Shown here: piece after piece, positions 37,991-51,090 of the stretch
Layout of the letters: each line of letters starts with the position of its first letter
How positions within the stretch are numbered: the stretch's first letter is position 1
Made by a program: the position numbers and the translations under genes
Notes under the pieces: generated by a model
Seen by the model: only the letters and a program-made list of their open reading frames with translations
Database searches by the model: none
Told to the model about the DNA's origin: nothing
Source: Octopus sinensis
Lineage: Eukaryota
Length of the DNA stretch: 64,000 bases
NCBI RefSeq assembly: GCF_006345805.1
Contig: NC_042997.1
Span: 23,064,001 to 23,128,000, forward strand
Reading direction: 5' to 3'

Positions 37991-40900
37991 GTCACGGTAA
38001 GACAAGGAATTAGGTCAGTTGGTATCGATCATGGAACTCTTAAAAGAAATTGCAGTGGACTCCTGGATTGAATCAAGGCTTATTCCTGGTTAGAGAACAC
38101 CCCTCACTCGGTTACATGAATCTGATGAAGAGCTATTGGGAGCGTAGCAGCTATGTTAGCAAACATTTGTTCAGAAAAAATTATCCTGCTCTACCTAGCA
38201 AAATTGACTGTCAAAAATGCACATGCTAGTAACTGAATCAACAGCTTAGAGGATTCTATTTATGAAAATTGTTAATAACATATCAAAGTAATAGAACTAC
38301 TGCCATTACATGGACATGGTAATCAACAAATAAAAATAAGTGAAGGATACAAATAGCTGAACACACAACTTACAGTAAGATACAAGATGTTCACAATTTA
38401 TATCAATAAATCACTAAATGAACATTTTTTTTTCCTATTTTTTAGTCAAGAGAGAAGGCAATGCCTATGACCATTTACAGGATTTCTGACACTAGTAAGA
38501 GTGAGGGAAGAAGAAATCCTCAAACTGGAGACCTGGCTTATGAGCTTGCAACAGAGTGGAGCTCACTAAAGGCACCCAGGGTGCCAGATAGTGATTTTAA
38601 ACTGGGAAACTAATTCAGTCTACCACTAAAGTAGGCCATGGCAGCATTTGAACTTAGAAGGCAAAGAGCCAGAACAAATACTGTAAGGCATCTGGTTTGA
38701 CATTCCTACAATTCTGCCCTGGATTGGTATTGCCTTCTATTGATCCCAAAAGGATAAAAGGCAACGTTGACATCGGCAAAATTTAATCTCAGAGCACAGA
38801 TAGAACAAATACTTCAAGGTATTCTGATACCTTAAGATGACTCTGACAATTCATCGATCCAATGTCTGTGAGATGAGTCACTTGAAAATCTCCTGGTTTG
38901 ATGTTGTCAATGAGTTTCTTAGTTGCTAAAGAATACCAAGCACAAAATAATGGCCCAGTTTTTAGACATTGAATGCCTTACTATATTATGTTACAATTAT
39001 TTGTCAAATAGGAGTGACAGAAATCAAAATGATAATATGCATAACTAAATTACTTGTCTCCCAAAAAATACCAACAAAATGAGAGAAAAACATTGGATAG
39101 TATATTTAGGTTACAAAATGAATTCACAAGTCCCCAGCCATGACTTTATGATAGACTTCCCAAAAGCCATTGGCATTGCCAATGAGAGACATACAAATAA
39201 ACTAATTACTTATAAACTATGAATAATCAAAACCTAAGATATTACAAGAACATAAGACTAGCTACTATAATTTTGTGTTAAATCCAAACTGTATATTGCA
39301 ACATGAAAGGTCAAACCCTCAAGGTTGTAACTGCTTTTCCTTAGGATCATCTGGAGTCATCCTGGGAATGGAATGTAAAAAGGCAGTACAACAGATGGAG
39401 CATGGTTATATGGGCTATGGAATTAGTACTGTGCAAACATCTCTCCTAAAATGTATGACAACACTAATGAAATTTCTATGACATTTGTTGCAAAACTATT
39501 AAATAGTTTATGATGTTTCTCATGGTTCAATACTTAGAACTCTCTACTTTACAGTTTATATCAAGAATGTATGTGATAATATATATCTAGTTTTAATCCA
39601 GTTTACAAGTGATAAAATTGATATTCAATTTTAAAATGTACACTAAACTGAATAATCACTTTATCACTCATGTCTAAAAATGCCCCAACCCTATTTATGT
39701 CTCTTTTTTTTTTTAAATAATGAAGAATTTGGAGGGATTTAGTAAAATATTTTCTTTACAGTTCAGATGGGGTGTAGAACATAGAGAGTTCTAACAAAGT
39801 TAAGACAAATTTTAATTTTAATATAAACACTTTAAAACAAGAGGGTCCTTTTATATTCATAGAACCACAGGTGATGTTAGATGGTTGGTACCAAAAGGAT
39901 TAAACACTGATAAGCCTTTCTACAATAATTTCAGAAAGCCAACATCTATCTACTCAGGTAAATGTGAAAGCTAAATAATCCTTGTTGTAAGCACATCAAC
40001 TTACCAAACACTAAAGTACTAATCATTGATGGGGAATATACTCCCACTTTTAATCAGACATTTGTGGTTTCAAACTGAAAACAGGGAAGGTTAAGAGAAA
40101 GACTATAGTTAGAAAGAAGTTAAAGAATCTTATGGGACATAGAAATTCCAATTGATGATAGATAATAGTCAGAGAGTTATAAAGAGAGAGCAGAATGTTC
40201 TTACTTTAAATTAATCTACAGATTAACCTCAGAGTGTGAACAACATAAGCTAGAAAAGATAATTCCTTCTTTCCCAACAAATTTATTTAGAAAAGGCCAG
40301 GAAGTGACAGAGGTGGTTTTCATATGCCCTTGAAAGAGAAGTTGGGGAAATCCCTGATTTTCAAGCATGAGTTACAAAGGCAGTCATGCAAATGAAGGGA
40401 CTTCTTGGTCATGGCAACTTCTAGAAATACCAACTAAATCTTTTCCAAACTACACCACTACCATTTCAAAAGACGAAAGACACAAAATAAAGGAGTTCTA
40501 ATGAAAATAGAACATAATTGACTTATGGCTGGAATGCAACTATGACCATAGTGTCAAGCCTGTTTTCAGTCAGGTAGACTGACACGAGCATATAAAGTTA
40601 TATGTGCATACTAATAAACACTACTACATAGTAATTACTTCAGACCTACAGCCTAACTCTACAAGCTTGTGTCTGTCTGCCTGACAAATAGGTTTTGACA
40701 GCCAGAGTGTCTGGAGTAGCATCCTAAACATTAGCTGCACCAGTCATGAGATGATGACAGTCCTTATTAATTTTGAATAATTGTTTCTAACATAAGCACA
40801 AGGTTTGAAATTTGATGGGCAGAGGGACAGTTGATTGTATCAACCCTGTATTTCACTGGTCATTTTTTTCCTTTTTTATCAACCCCAGAAAGATGAAAGA

Positions 40901-41176
40901 CAAAGTTGTTTTTGGTGGAATTTGAACACAGAGCCAGAACAAATAAAGCAAGGCATTTTTCTACCCCAACAAATGTATTTCTATATGGTTTTTCTAATAA
41001 GTAGTTCATTATTTTTTTTCTGTCATTACAGAGCACAGAATGCTTCTAACAAAGCCTCAAGCATCTAATAGATAAAAGGTTATTGTTATTAGTATTTAAT
41101 TAAGTTCTGAGAAGGATTGACACAGAAATCAAGGTTAATAAGAAAAAAAGAAAGAAAACAGACAAGTGTTTAGAAG

Positions 41177-41218
<42 letters not shown>

Positions 41219-41790
41219 ACAGTTATAACAATGTTTTTGTTTATGCTGATCTTTTTTTTTCAGTTTAGCCTTGAAAGCAGAAATGTATTTTATGGTAGAT
41301 TTGTAAGAAATCATCATTTTCAAGCAATTACAAATTAGGTCTATAAAGAAAATTGGTAAATCCAGGCAGTAATGTTACTCATAATTATTTATATTAGATC
41401 TTATAGTAGAATAGTTTTCTTTTAAATACATTGCAAATAGTTCAGATTTGTACAGCCTGGAGGTGAATATGTTGGTAGTTATTTCTTAGTGATACATTAC
41501 ATGAAGATCACTTGTATCTCTACATCTTTCAAATCATGAGTTTTAATAAATTGTTAAATATCAGTAGTTTCTAATAATAAGGAGCCCCAATGAATCCTAC
41601 ATTGGGATTTGACAGTCTAGTAAAGACTTACAACGTTAAAATGTAAACATTATTTATTTCAAGCAATAAAAAATAAAAACCTATATTACACTCTCACTTC
41701 ACAACCCTATACTCATATAGTTCTCATTATTACATGAGCTAAAACTTAACATGTATGACTAAGACTTGTATATTCTATGTATATGGATAT

Positions 41791-41825
<35 letters not shown>

Positions 41826-42248
41826 TATTATTATTATTAATAAGAAATCTAATTTGGCAATATTTTTTCTTCTTAGTAGCTTTAATTGAACTAGTTCAAT
41901 TCAAAGTCTACTTACATTATACACTTGTACTCTTGGAAAACTAGGTCCAAACAAAGTTGTTCATGAGCTCTCAAGTCAGCTCTGACCCAGTACACTTATG
42001 ATCAGATGTATTCCAACTGTAACCAACCCGTATTTCTCTTCTATGATGCACCACCTATATCCTGTCATCCTTCCTTTATCAATCCTCTGAATCATTATGC
42101 CTGAATGAAGTAGTGTTGTACACTAGCAACCTTTACTCACCCACTCTCTCTAATTTTCCTGTCATCATGCTGTTGGACATATCCTCTTGAGGATATTCTT
42201 TAGATCCTTATCACTATCTTATCTCTCTTCTCTACATCTCCAAACCCA

Positions 42249-43427
42249 TACAGGGTATTCAAGCTACATTTTATGACTTTTTATGTCACTTTCTTTCAAG
42301 AATAGCTTGATGTATATTGGTGAAGGTTCAACAACATTCTAACGAAAAAACATTACAGTTGTAGTTGAGAAAATGTTAGCTGCCATGGAAGCCAGGAAAC
42401 CATCTGAATATTGGAAAAGACTTTTATGTATCATGATTCAAATAGCCATCATCATGATTGCTGCTCAATGTTCTGTGAACACTCTAAAAGCTCTAAGATA
42501 TAACATAGACAGCCGCAACAGAGGCTACAAAGCCATAGTCAACAGGAAGGGATGCTATGGACATTTTGACTGTGGCCGTACACCAGAATTCATCCCAAAA
42601 CTACAAGACAAGGTAATGGAAGATCTGTGCAAAGGAATTTAGGCTTTGGTAAAAGAGATGAATGTTGAAGTCAAGACCATGACACTGATCCTGAATGAGG
42701 ACCTTTGCTACCACTTGTATAAGAATCCCAAGGGAAAATTATGAGAGTCAAAGCCAAGGTGAACAGCTGGAGGAAGGCAAAGGATCTCCTGATCAAGCAG
42801 AGGCATCCTTTTGGGCTGGAGATGATCTGGTTCTTGTCAGCTAAAAAGAACCTCTGCCAGGACCAGCTGCAAAATACCCAGAACAACAGTTCCCTCAAAC
42901 TGTGATGGTTTTTGTGTACATTTCCAGTAAGGGTGATATCATTCCACCCAACACTTTTAAAAAGGGCCTTAGGCTCAAATCAGGCAGTGACGTGAAGCTG
43001 CTGGAAGACCATATGTGTGGCATTATGATTCAGCTTTTTGTCATACCTCCAGAAAATGTCAGAAGTGGTTGTTGGAGAATTTTTATGACTTCACTAGTCT
43101 CACAGTTTCAGGCCTCCTTATTCCTACAATTGTAATCCTGTGGATTACTATGTGTAGGGTGCAGTTGAGGAAGATACTAACCACTCTGCCTGCACCACCA
43201 AGGCCAAGCTGGTACCCAAGATCAAGGAGGTGTTTGAAGATCTTCGCAGGGACACCAGGAGCTGTCTTCAGGCCATGGTAGAAGCTGAAGGAAGCTACTT
43301 TGAGTAAACTATTCTCTCTTAGCCATAATCTAGATATTTTTTTGATTTTTTTCAAATACTTTCATTTTTGGATGACATATTTGTTTTCCTTTTATGCAAA
43401 CTGTCAAATTTAACCCAAATACCCTTA
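42249..43427 (+). mobile_element. Decayed Tc1/mariner-superfamily (maT/DD37D-like) transposon, transposase pseudogene
   Basis: Frameshifted RTPEFIPKLQDKVMED, IWFLSAKKNLCQDQ, VWHYDSAFCHTSRKCQKWLLENFYDFTS, DYYV*GAVEEDTN. Only short TIR remnants (agggtatt) remain at the ends. Confidence 0.8.
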
Positions 43428-45470
43428 GACAAAGAGTGCTTCAAAAATCTATGAGCTTGTCATATATCTTCAATCTTTCAGAACAGTAAGCCTTTATTTT
43501 CAATGAGGGCTTCCATGTGCTTACTTGACTTGTTAGGAATAGTAACTAAATCTCTCTCAACATCAAGTCATATTATCTTTAAAAGAAAAGGAGAATATAA
43601 TCTTAGATATGCAATGCTTATGAGAACAGAGCAGTCTTGGATGCAATCACCTAGGTTTAAAACTATCTTTCTCTCTCACACATACACACACATTTATCTG
43701 CAAAAAAACAGATATTTTATGCATTGAGTAAAACATTAATAAGTATATAACTGATTGAGCTAGAACACTTCCAAAGAGTTGTATGCACCTAGGTAATGTG
43801 TACAAAAGTTTATGGTTATTATTATTATTATTAGCCTAATTGAGAAGATTTATAACTATTAGCACTTCAACTGTAACTATGCTGCCTAAGTTTCTGACTG
43901 TCTTTTTTTTTTTTTTTTAGACAGTAGTGTGTGGATTTGAGGAGCATCTGGGGTACATAGTCTTCCTCAGCTTGATTGCACAAGTCTGACATATAAAGTG
44001 TGACTTGATTGTATACAGTCAGCTTTGTCAACTGTACTGAGACAACCTCATCAACTCAACAGTAGAGAGTCTTTCGTTACATTTAGTAGTAAATGATGTC
44101 AACTATTCAAAATTGCAAAAGAATCCCAAACTTATTTTCTGGTGAAAAGAATAGGCAGTAATTGACATGGAAGCTTGAAATCTCACTTTAATAGATAGAG
44201 CCAGTGGTGATGGCAGTAGTTATGCTGTTAACTTGTAGCAGACACAAAGGTTTTAGGGTGATGTTATTGATGAAGATGAGAGGAATATTAATGGTGGTAA
44301 TCATTGTGATGATAATGATAGGGATAGTGATGCAGAAAGGTAGAGAATGACGTTAAGGAAAACAATTATCATAGTGGTGATAAGTGTAGAGATGATGGTG
44401 GAGAAGTTAGTGTTTGTGATGGTGTCGGTGGTAACTGATAATGTTACCAGACTGGAGATTAAAACTTGAGAGCTAAATACCTTGATTATATATTTACTGG
44501 CAAATCAAGCAAAGTTCAAGATCAGACCAACTAATCATGTTTATAGTTACCAGATATATGACACAGAAGTACATTCAGACATAAATACACACATGTATGC
44601 AAACACATTTGCAGACACTGATGTATGTGTGTGTATACATACATATACATGCACATTTATTGTTTTATATATATAATAATATATACACATGTTCATTAGA
44701 CACGTTTGTATAGCTGCATATTCACACACACACATATGTCCAGTTATATCTGTGCATGATGCATTGGTATGCATATCTCTAAGTTCACTTCAATATCTGA
44801 ATTACTATTTATGTTCATAGATAAAATCCAGTAAAAATAAGAATACGTCAATGCACATGTAGACACATGCTCATATACACACACCTATACATAAGTAATG
44901 ATGTATGTGCATATGTGTATGTGTGATTAATGTGATAAGACAACAAAACTGGATATCTACCTCATGGTTTATTTGAGCTGAAAAGTTAGAGGTAAGCAAG
45001 ATTTAGAAAGTACATTATCACAGGAAATAAGAACCACCTCTGCCACCATTACTTCTACAATCATCATCAATTTTTATCATGAACATTATTTTACCATTTC
45101 AATTGAGTTGCATCAGCAGCTCGCAACTTTTCTTCACCTCTATTGTTGAGCTCATGTAATCATGGATTTAAATATGGAATCAGTCTTATATTTATATCAA
45201 GCAACTAATAAAATGTTCAATAACATTTGAGCAGCAACACACATACAAACTTCTTTCCCCAACATATATCACCACCCCTTCTCTCTTACACACACACATT
45301 TTTTCATTCTCTCTCTGTTTATTTTCTCTTATTCCTTTCTGTTGAAGAGCATAGGCTTGAAATGTAAAACATTTCTTCATTTTCCTCAACATCAAACTAA
45401 TACACCTGCTTGTTGTTCATACACCTGTCTTCATATACTTTTCTATAAATTTCAACTACATATAAAGATA

Positions 45471-45513
<43 letters not shown>

Positions 45514-45919
45514 CTATCTTTTCTCTTTTCAAAGAAAATATTTCTCACAGCATTCACTATTTTCCCCTCGTTCAGGTCTAACGACCCTCCATGTCCATTT
45601 TCATTCAGTTTCCCTGTATGTCTCCTATGTCCTGTTTTTGTTTCTAACTTTGACCCTCCATAAAATCCCAAATTTTATTTTCATATTTACGGGAACAACT
45701 GTCATCAAAGACTCGTTATCTCGTTGATTGCTTCACATGGAGAGTAGACAGACAGCCGACAACTGATGAAGGGTCGTTCTTTGTATTGCTTGTCCTTTTT
45801 TCTCTCGTTATTTGCGTATTTAACTCATTTGTTTTCATATTTCATGTTGTTTACTGTTGGTGACAACCTGTACCCATGCATGCGTATAAATATATAAATA
45901 TAAATATGTATATAAATAT

Positions 45920-46190
45920 ATTATATATATTGGCCCCCGTGCCGGTGGCACGTAAAAGCACCATCCGTTCGTGGCTGTTTGCCAGCTCCGTCTGGCACCT
46001 GTGCGGGTGGCACGTAAAAAGCACCCACTACACTCACGGAGTGGTTGGCGTTAGGAAGGGCATCCAGCCATAGAAACACTGCCAGATCAGACTGGGCCTG
46101 ATGCGGCCTTCCGGCTTCACAGACCCCAGTTGAACCGTCCAACTCATGCTAGCATGGAAAGCGGACGCTAAATGATGATGATGATGATAT
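45920..46190 (+). mobile_element. Young RTE-tail copy
   Basis: Reverse complement of 13059-13300 at high identity; (ATG)n tail. Confidence 0.88.
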
Positions 46191-46244
46191 CTATATATGA
46201 ATATGAATATATATATAAATATGAATATAAATATATATATATAG

Positions 46245-47580
46245 GAAAGGTATGCATAAGTGGGCTGGTTACACCACTGGCATAGGCCACAGGTTATGGT
46301 CTCACTTGGCTTGCCAGGTCTTCTCAAGCACAGCATATTTCCAAAGGTCTTCGTCACTAGACATTGCCTCGGTGAGGCCTAATGTTCGAAGGTCATGCTT
46401 TACCACCTCATACCATGTCCTCCTGAGTCTACCTCTTCCACAAGTTCCCTCAACTGCTAGGGTGTGACACTTCTTCACACACCTATCCTGATCCATTCTC
46501 ACCACAGAACCATACCAGTGCAGCCGTCTCTCTTGCACACCATATCTGATGCTTCTTAGGTCCAACTAGTCTCTCAAGGCACTTACACTGGGTCGACAGC
46601 GGAGAATACTGGCTTCATTCCTTGCAAGCTTATGCATGTCCTTAACAGTCACAGACCATGTTTCACTGCCATGTAGCATGGCTGCTCATACACATGTGTC
46701 ATACACTCTACATTTTACTTTGAGCAAGAGGCCCTTTGTCACCAGCAGAGTTTAGGAGCTCTCTGAACTTTGCCCAGGCTATTCTTATTCCAGCAGCTAC
46801 ACTTTCCTCATTGACCACCAGATAAGGGATCGAGGGACCCTGTCAAAGGCTTTCTCCATGTCAACGAAAGCCAGGTACATACTTCATACTTTTAATTGCT
46901 TTATCTACCAAGGTACTGTCAATTCGGATAGCTGGTCTCTCTGTTCGGCAGACTCTCTTTCTCCCATTCATTCTCTTTATTGAGCAACCTTTCATAGTGG
47001 CGTTTCCAAACCTCTCTCTTTGCAGCCTCGTTTAGTGCAAGTGAACCATCACCCATCCGGACACATTTCTTTCCTACGACATCACGATTCTCTCTCACAC
47101 ATTGTCTTGCAACATGAAATACCTCAAGTCTTTGGTCTTCACGGCGCAAAATATTGGCAAATTTTTTCTTATCTGCTTCCCCTCTGGCTAAATAAACCTG
47201 TCTCCTAGCTTCCCTTTTGGCAGTCTGATACAATTCCCTACTACCACCATTCTTCCAGTCCTTCTAAGCCTGTTTCTTTTCTATAATAGCCCTGTCAACA
47301 ACATTGTTCCACTACCATGTTATCTTGGATCGAGAGGGGACATTGCACCATCCACAGATCTGGTCAGTGGCCCTCAGTAGGTTGTCCAATAGAAACCTCC
47401 AGTTGTTTTTCACATCATGTGATGCTATATCCCCTTCTATTTCGTCAAAGGCTTTGAGTAATACGTTTCTAAATCTGTCGATTTGCAGGATCTTTAAACT
47501 TCCAGACCCTTCTCCTCCGTGCTGGTTGTCTTCTGAGCATCCATCTAGCCCCAATCCTGAAGCTGCTAACTACTAGTCTA
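46245..47580 (-). mobile_element. Internally deleted RTE LINE (endonuclease-RT linker joined to ORF C-terminus)
   Basis: ORFs 47312-47554, 46919-47233 (AKREARRQVYLARGEADKKKF..VWKRHYERLLN) and 46302-46565 (VQERRLHWYG..GRGRLRRTW). Confidence 0.88.
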
Positions 47581-47784
47581 TGTTGTGGAGTACATTCTTT
47601 GTCTGGGAACGTTTTGGTATTTATAAGCAGCCATCTTTTCCTTTTTCTGGCGAGGATGTAGTCAATTTGGCTAGTGTGTCAGTATTCTGTCACATACTCT
47701 GACTACCCCGGTTACCTTATCAACCTATTTCTCCGCAAGAAGTATACCAATACCCCCAATGCCATCAGTGTTCCCTGCCCAGAA

Positions 47785-48215
47785 AATCTTGTACCTGTGT
47801 TCTTTGCCTGTCAGAAACCTAGCAGACCTTGAAGCAATCCAGAGAAGATTCACAAAGAAGATCATCTCTTTGCAACTGCTCAGCTACTGGAAAAGGCTGA
47901 AACAGCTAAGACTCTATTCCCTGGAGCAAAGGCGGGAGAGATATGCAGTAATATACATCTGGAAGATCCTGGAAGGAATTGAAAGCTATACCAATGCCAG
48001 AACGGGTCAACACTGCATAGTGCCAAAGATCCCAGTAATGCCATCGTGCTTCAGGACCAGTTATGCAACAGCTTGGGTTTCAGGGATCCGCAGTTTTTTA
48101 ATATTCTCCCAAAGAGCCTGAGGAATCTCCACAAAGTAGATGTAGGTGTTTTTTAAATCAAGGCTGGACCTCTTGCTTTTGAGAGTCCCAGATGAACCTA
48201 CCTTACGGCTAGAGG
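47785..48215 (+). mobile_element. CR1-like LINE, ORF2 C-terminal fragment
   Basis: LADLEAIQRRFTKKIISLQLLSYWKRLKQLRLYSLEQRRERYAVIYIWKILEG. Confidence 0.85.
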
Positions 48216-48217
48216 TG

Positions 48218-48253
<36 letters not shown>

Positions 48254-48279
48254 TTTCTATGCGTGTGTGGAATAGGTGC

Positions 48280-48675
48280 AAGTGTGACTGTGTGGTTAGG
48301 AAGTTTGTTTCCCAGCCACATGGTTTGAGGTTCGGTCCCACTGCATGGTACCAGGAGCAAGTGTTTTCAACTATATATATATCTGGGCTGATCAAAGCCT
48401 TGTAATTTGATTTGGTAGATGGAAACTGTGTGTATGTGCATGCGCATGTTACTGTCTCTCTGTCTTGACATCACTTGATAGCTGTAAAAAGAAATGTAAC
48501 CACCATGCAAGCACTGTCCTTTGTTTTCATGAAAACATGTCTGCTCAAGGGGAAATATCACCTTACTTGGAAACAGATGAGGGTTGGTATCAGGAGGGGC
48601 ATCTGGCTGTAGAAAATCCACTTCACAAATTTCATCCAAGCCATGCAAATATGAAAAAAAATGTTGATGATTATT
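48280..48675 (+). mobile_element. tRNA-headed SINE ending in an RTE-like tail
   Basis: Head gtgactgtgtggttaggaag..ggttcggtccc; end ggagggcatctggctgtagaaa..tgttgatgat. Confidence 0.6.
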
Positions 48676-48829
48676 ATGTAAGTTATTTCTAAACCCACTC
48701 ACAAGGTTCTGATCTGCTTGGGACTAGAAAAGACATATACAATAGGACTGAACCCAAAGCCATATGGCTGGCAAGTTTGCAGTTTGCTTAACCACCTATC
48801 CATTCCTGTGCCTCAAACTATTCTTACAC

Positions 48830-48831
<2 letters not shown>

Positions 48832-48876
<45 letters not shown>

Positions 48877-48880
48877 TGAG

Positions 48881-48937
<57 letters not shown>

Positions 48938-48938
48938 A
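48832..48938. repeat. Compound (TG)n(AG)n microsatellite
   Basis: Directly visible. Confidence 0.95.
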
Positions 48939-49995
48939 CACATCCATCCTCATTGATATTTTACATCCACTCTTCAAGCAGGTGTGAGTTCAACAGGTTG
49001 TCATGATTTCTGTCAGTTCCTATTCAGAATTACTACCTTTCTAGACAGGCTGGAGAGACTATATATATCCAGCAGACAAAAAAAAATAATCTCTTTCCAT
49101 GGCTGAGAGAAGAGATATGTTTCTGAACCAGAAGCTGGAACATGTCTGCAGGCTTTGTACCAAATAATCAGGTTGCCCATTTCTGGATGTAGTTTAGAGT
49201 GTCTGTGTGCAGTAGCAGCAGCACTGACCCAGATGTGGAAACAACACTCCGTTTTGGCCCACACCTGAGCTTGGAAGGTTAACCCAAATGGATTTAAATC
49301 TCAAAATGTAGAGGGATGGATCAAAATATTGATCAAAAGGATTTAAACCCCAAGTATAGAAGGATGGATTGAAATATTGTTAGGAGCACTTGGTTTAGTG
49401 CTCAACTGTTTCTGCCATTTGACTATACTCATTTGGGGGCATAATGTTAATTCGTACACATGATACATATATTGCACTTGGATATGATTATAGAAAAAAG
49501 CTAAAAGGACAATCTACAGGTACCCTCAATTGTTAACACATCATGCTGTTTGTTTGTCCAAAAATTGTATGACAGACCCTAATGACATTATCAGTCATCA
49601 ATCTAAAGTGAATTGTAGCCTAGTGGCCTTTGTGTTAGCATTATAACAAGTTAAAGACTGCAAACCACAAATTAAAACAGTTTAGTTGCTGAGGACAGAC
49701 AATTTAGGGAGCCTGAGGACAAATAATATGCTAAGTACATGGGGAAAGAAACTGGAATTTGTACAAGTTTAAAACTAATACACTCACATTTATGCACACA
49801 CACCTACATACAAGCACATAAGTACAGTGGTACATCTATATACATTATTCTTACACATATTTATATACAATCTCACACTGACACACACACACACACACAA
49901 ACACCTATACATAATATATTTACAGACATTCAAACATATCTATATGCAATGACTCACACTAAAAATTACTTGCATCTATGTATATATGAATGAAT

Positions 49996-49997
49996 GA

Positions 49998-50052
<55 letters not shown>
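49996..50052. repeat. (TA)n microsatellite
   Basis: Directly visible. Confidence 0.95.
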
Positions 50053-50057
<5 letters not shown>

Positions 50058-50106
50058 AAACAAGTCAAAAATAGAAAATGCTAAAATAATTTTATAGTGA
50101 ACATTT

Positions 50107-50144
50107 CAGTACCGGTTTCGGTCATTTTGAGACCTTTTCAACTG
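50107..50144 (-). ncRNA. Minimal type-I hammerhead ribozyme motif (U3-A8 variant), Penelope-like element associated
   Basis: Minus strand CAG-TTGAAAA-GGTC tcaaaat GACC-GAA-ACCGGT-A-CTG: stem I, core, stem II, palindromic stem III, GUA cleavage triplet. Confidence 0.78.
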
Positions 50145-50264
50145 TAACGATTAAATAATTAAATTTAGAAAAATTAGAAGAAAAGTTTTTTTAAAGGAAT
50201 ATTTCTATAGTAGTGTTCAGATATAAGTGGCATTCTGCCTTTCTCTGACTCCCTTGTTTGCACT

Positions 50265-50490
50265 TATATATATATATATATATATATGTCTGTATATATA
50301 TATATATATGTCTGTATGTATATATATGTCTGTATATATATATGTATATATGTGTGTGTATTTATATATATATGTATATATGTGTGTGTATTTATATATA
50401 TATATATGTATATATGTGTGTGTGTATTTATATATATATATGTGTGTGTGTATATATATATATGTGTGTGTATATATATGTGTATGCGTA
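50265..50490. repeat. Complex TA/TG microsatellite-minisatellite
   Basis: Directly visible; explains several spurious Y/I/V/C/H-rich ORFs. Confidence 0.95.
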
Positions 50491-50502
50491 GATAGATAGA
50501 TA

Positions 50503-50643
50503 TAAGGTTGTCCCAAAAGTTCGTAGAAAGTCTTGGAAAATAATGGTCTTTATTTTGAGGAATAAATTTTGTTGTTTTTGTTAGTACTTGGCGAGTAAAA
50601 ATTCAATTTTCGCAAGTGTTTACGAACTTTTGGGACAACCTAA
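50503..50643. mobile_element. 141-bp mariner-type MITE
   Basis: Perfect 21-bp TIR AGGTTGTCCCAAAAGTTCGTA (50505-50525 / 50621-50641), mariner-like T(A/T)AGGTTG ends, TA on both sides. Confidence 0.88.
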
Positions 50644-50680
50644 TAGATAGATAGATAGATATAGATATATATACATACAT

Positions 50681-50985
50681 TTAATGCTGAAAAATTCCAA
50701 GCCCTGCACTACCAGTATCCAAAACTGAATACAAAACTTACGGGGTTTCCTGGTCCACAAGGGATTACAATCCCAGAGACTAAATCAGTGAGGGACCTGG
50801 GTATCGACATGAGTGATGATACCGCTTTTCAAGTACACATTACCAGGATGGCAACAAAGTGCAGACGACTGGCTGAATGGATCCTGAGAACATTCAGAAC
50901 CAGAGAGAATGAAACCATGATGGTCCTCTGGAGGACATTTGTCCTCAGCCACCTGGATTACTACTCACAGCTATGGTCACCCAAC
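50681..50985 (+). mobile_element. CR1-like LINE fragment just downstream of the RT core
   Basis: NAEKFQALHY..RDLGIDMS..KCRRLAEWILRTFRTRE..LSHLDYYSQLWSP. Confidence 0.85.
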
Positions 50986-51090
50986 AAATATATAATATAT
51001 ATATAAAACAAAGTGAAGTTGTAAGGTACTGCATGAGTGGAAATATATATGAAAGAAGGTTTGAAAATGCAATTTTAAAAATGTTTATTC

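Noticed and set aside
40075-40204. Intronic snoRNAs that would make the minus-strand transcript a snoRNA host gene
   Set aside because: I found no convincing C box/D box pair with terminal stem or H/ACA fold in this or the neighbouring candidate introns by eye. A dedicated search was not run.
39250-45204. Multi-TGA (selenocysteine, readthrough or TGA-to-TGG editing) protein: four minus-strand exon candidates each have a frame whose only internal stop is TGA followed by a Leu codon
   Set aside because: The frames do not chain (43525 exon ends phase 1, 40005 exon needs phase 0), and the 40205-40249 exon has TAA/TAG in every frame. Short frames free of TAA/TAG are common by chance. I saw no SECIS and no recognisable homolog. 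KIF14 uses TGG for Trp, so there is no code change.
45758-45794. Fourth hammerhead (GACAA-CTGATGA...TTGTC)
   Set aside because: A canonical CTGATGA and a possible stem I are present, but there is no GAAA or stem III. At most an internally deleted relic.
50217-50516. Cluster of ORFs rich in Y/I/V/C/H/T (also 27359-27747, 45456-45727, 59370-59618)
   Set aside because: These are translations of TA/TG/CA microsatellites, which lack stop codons in several frames.
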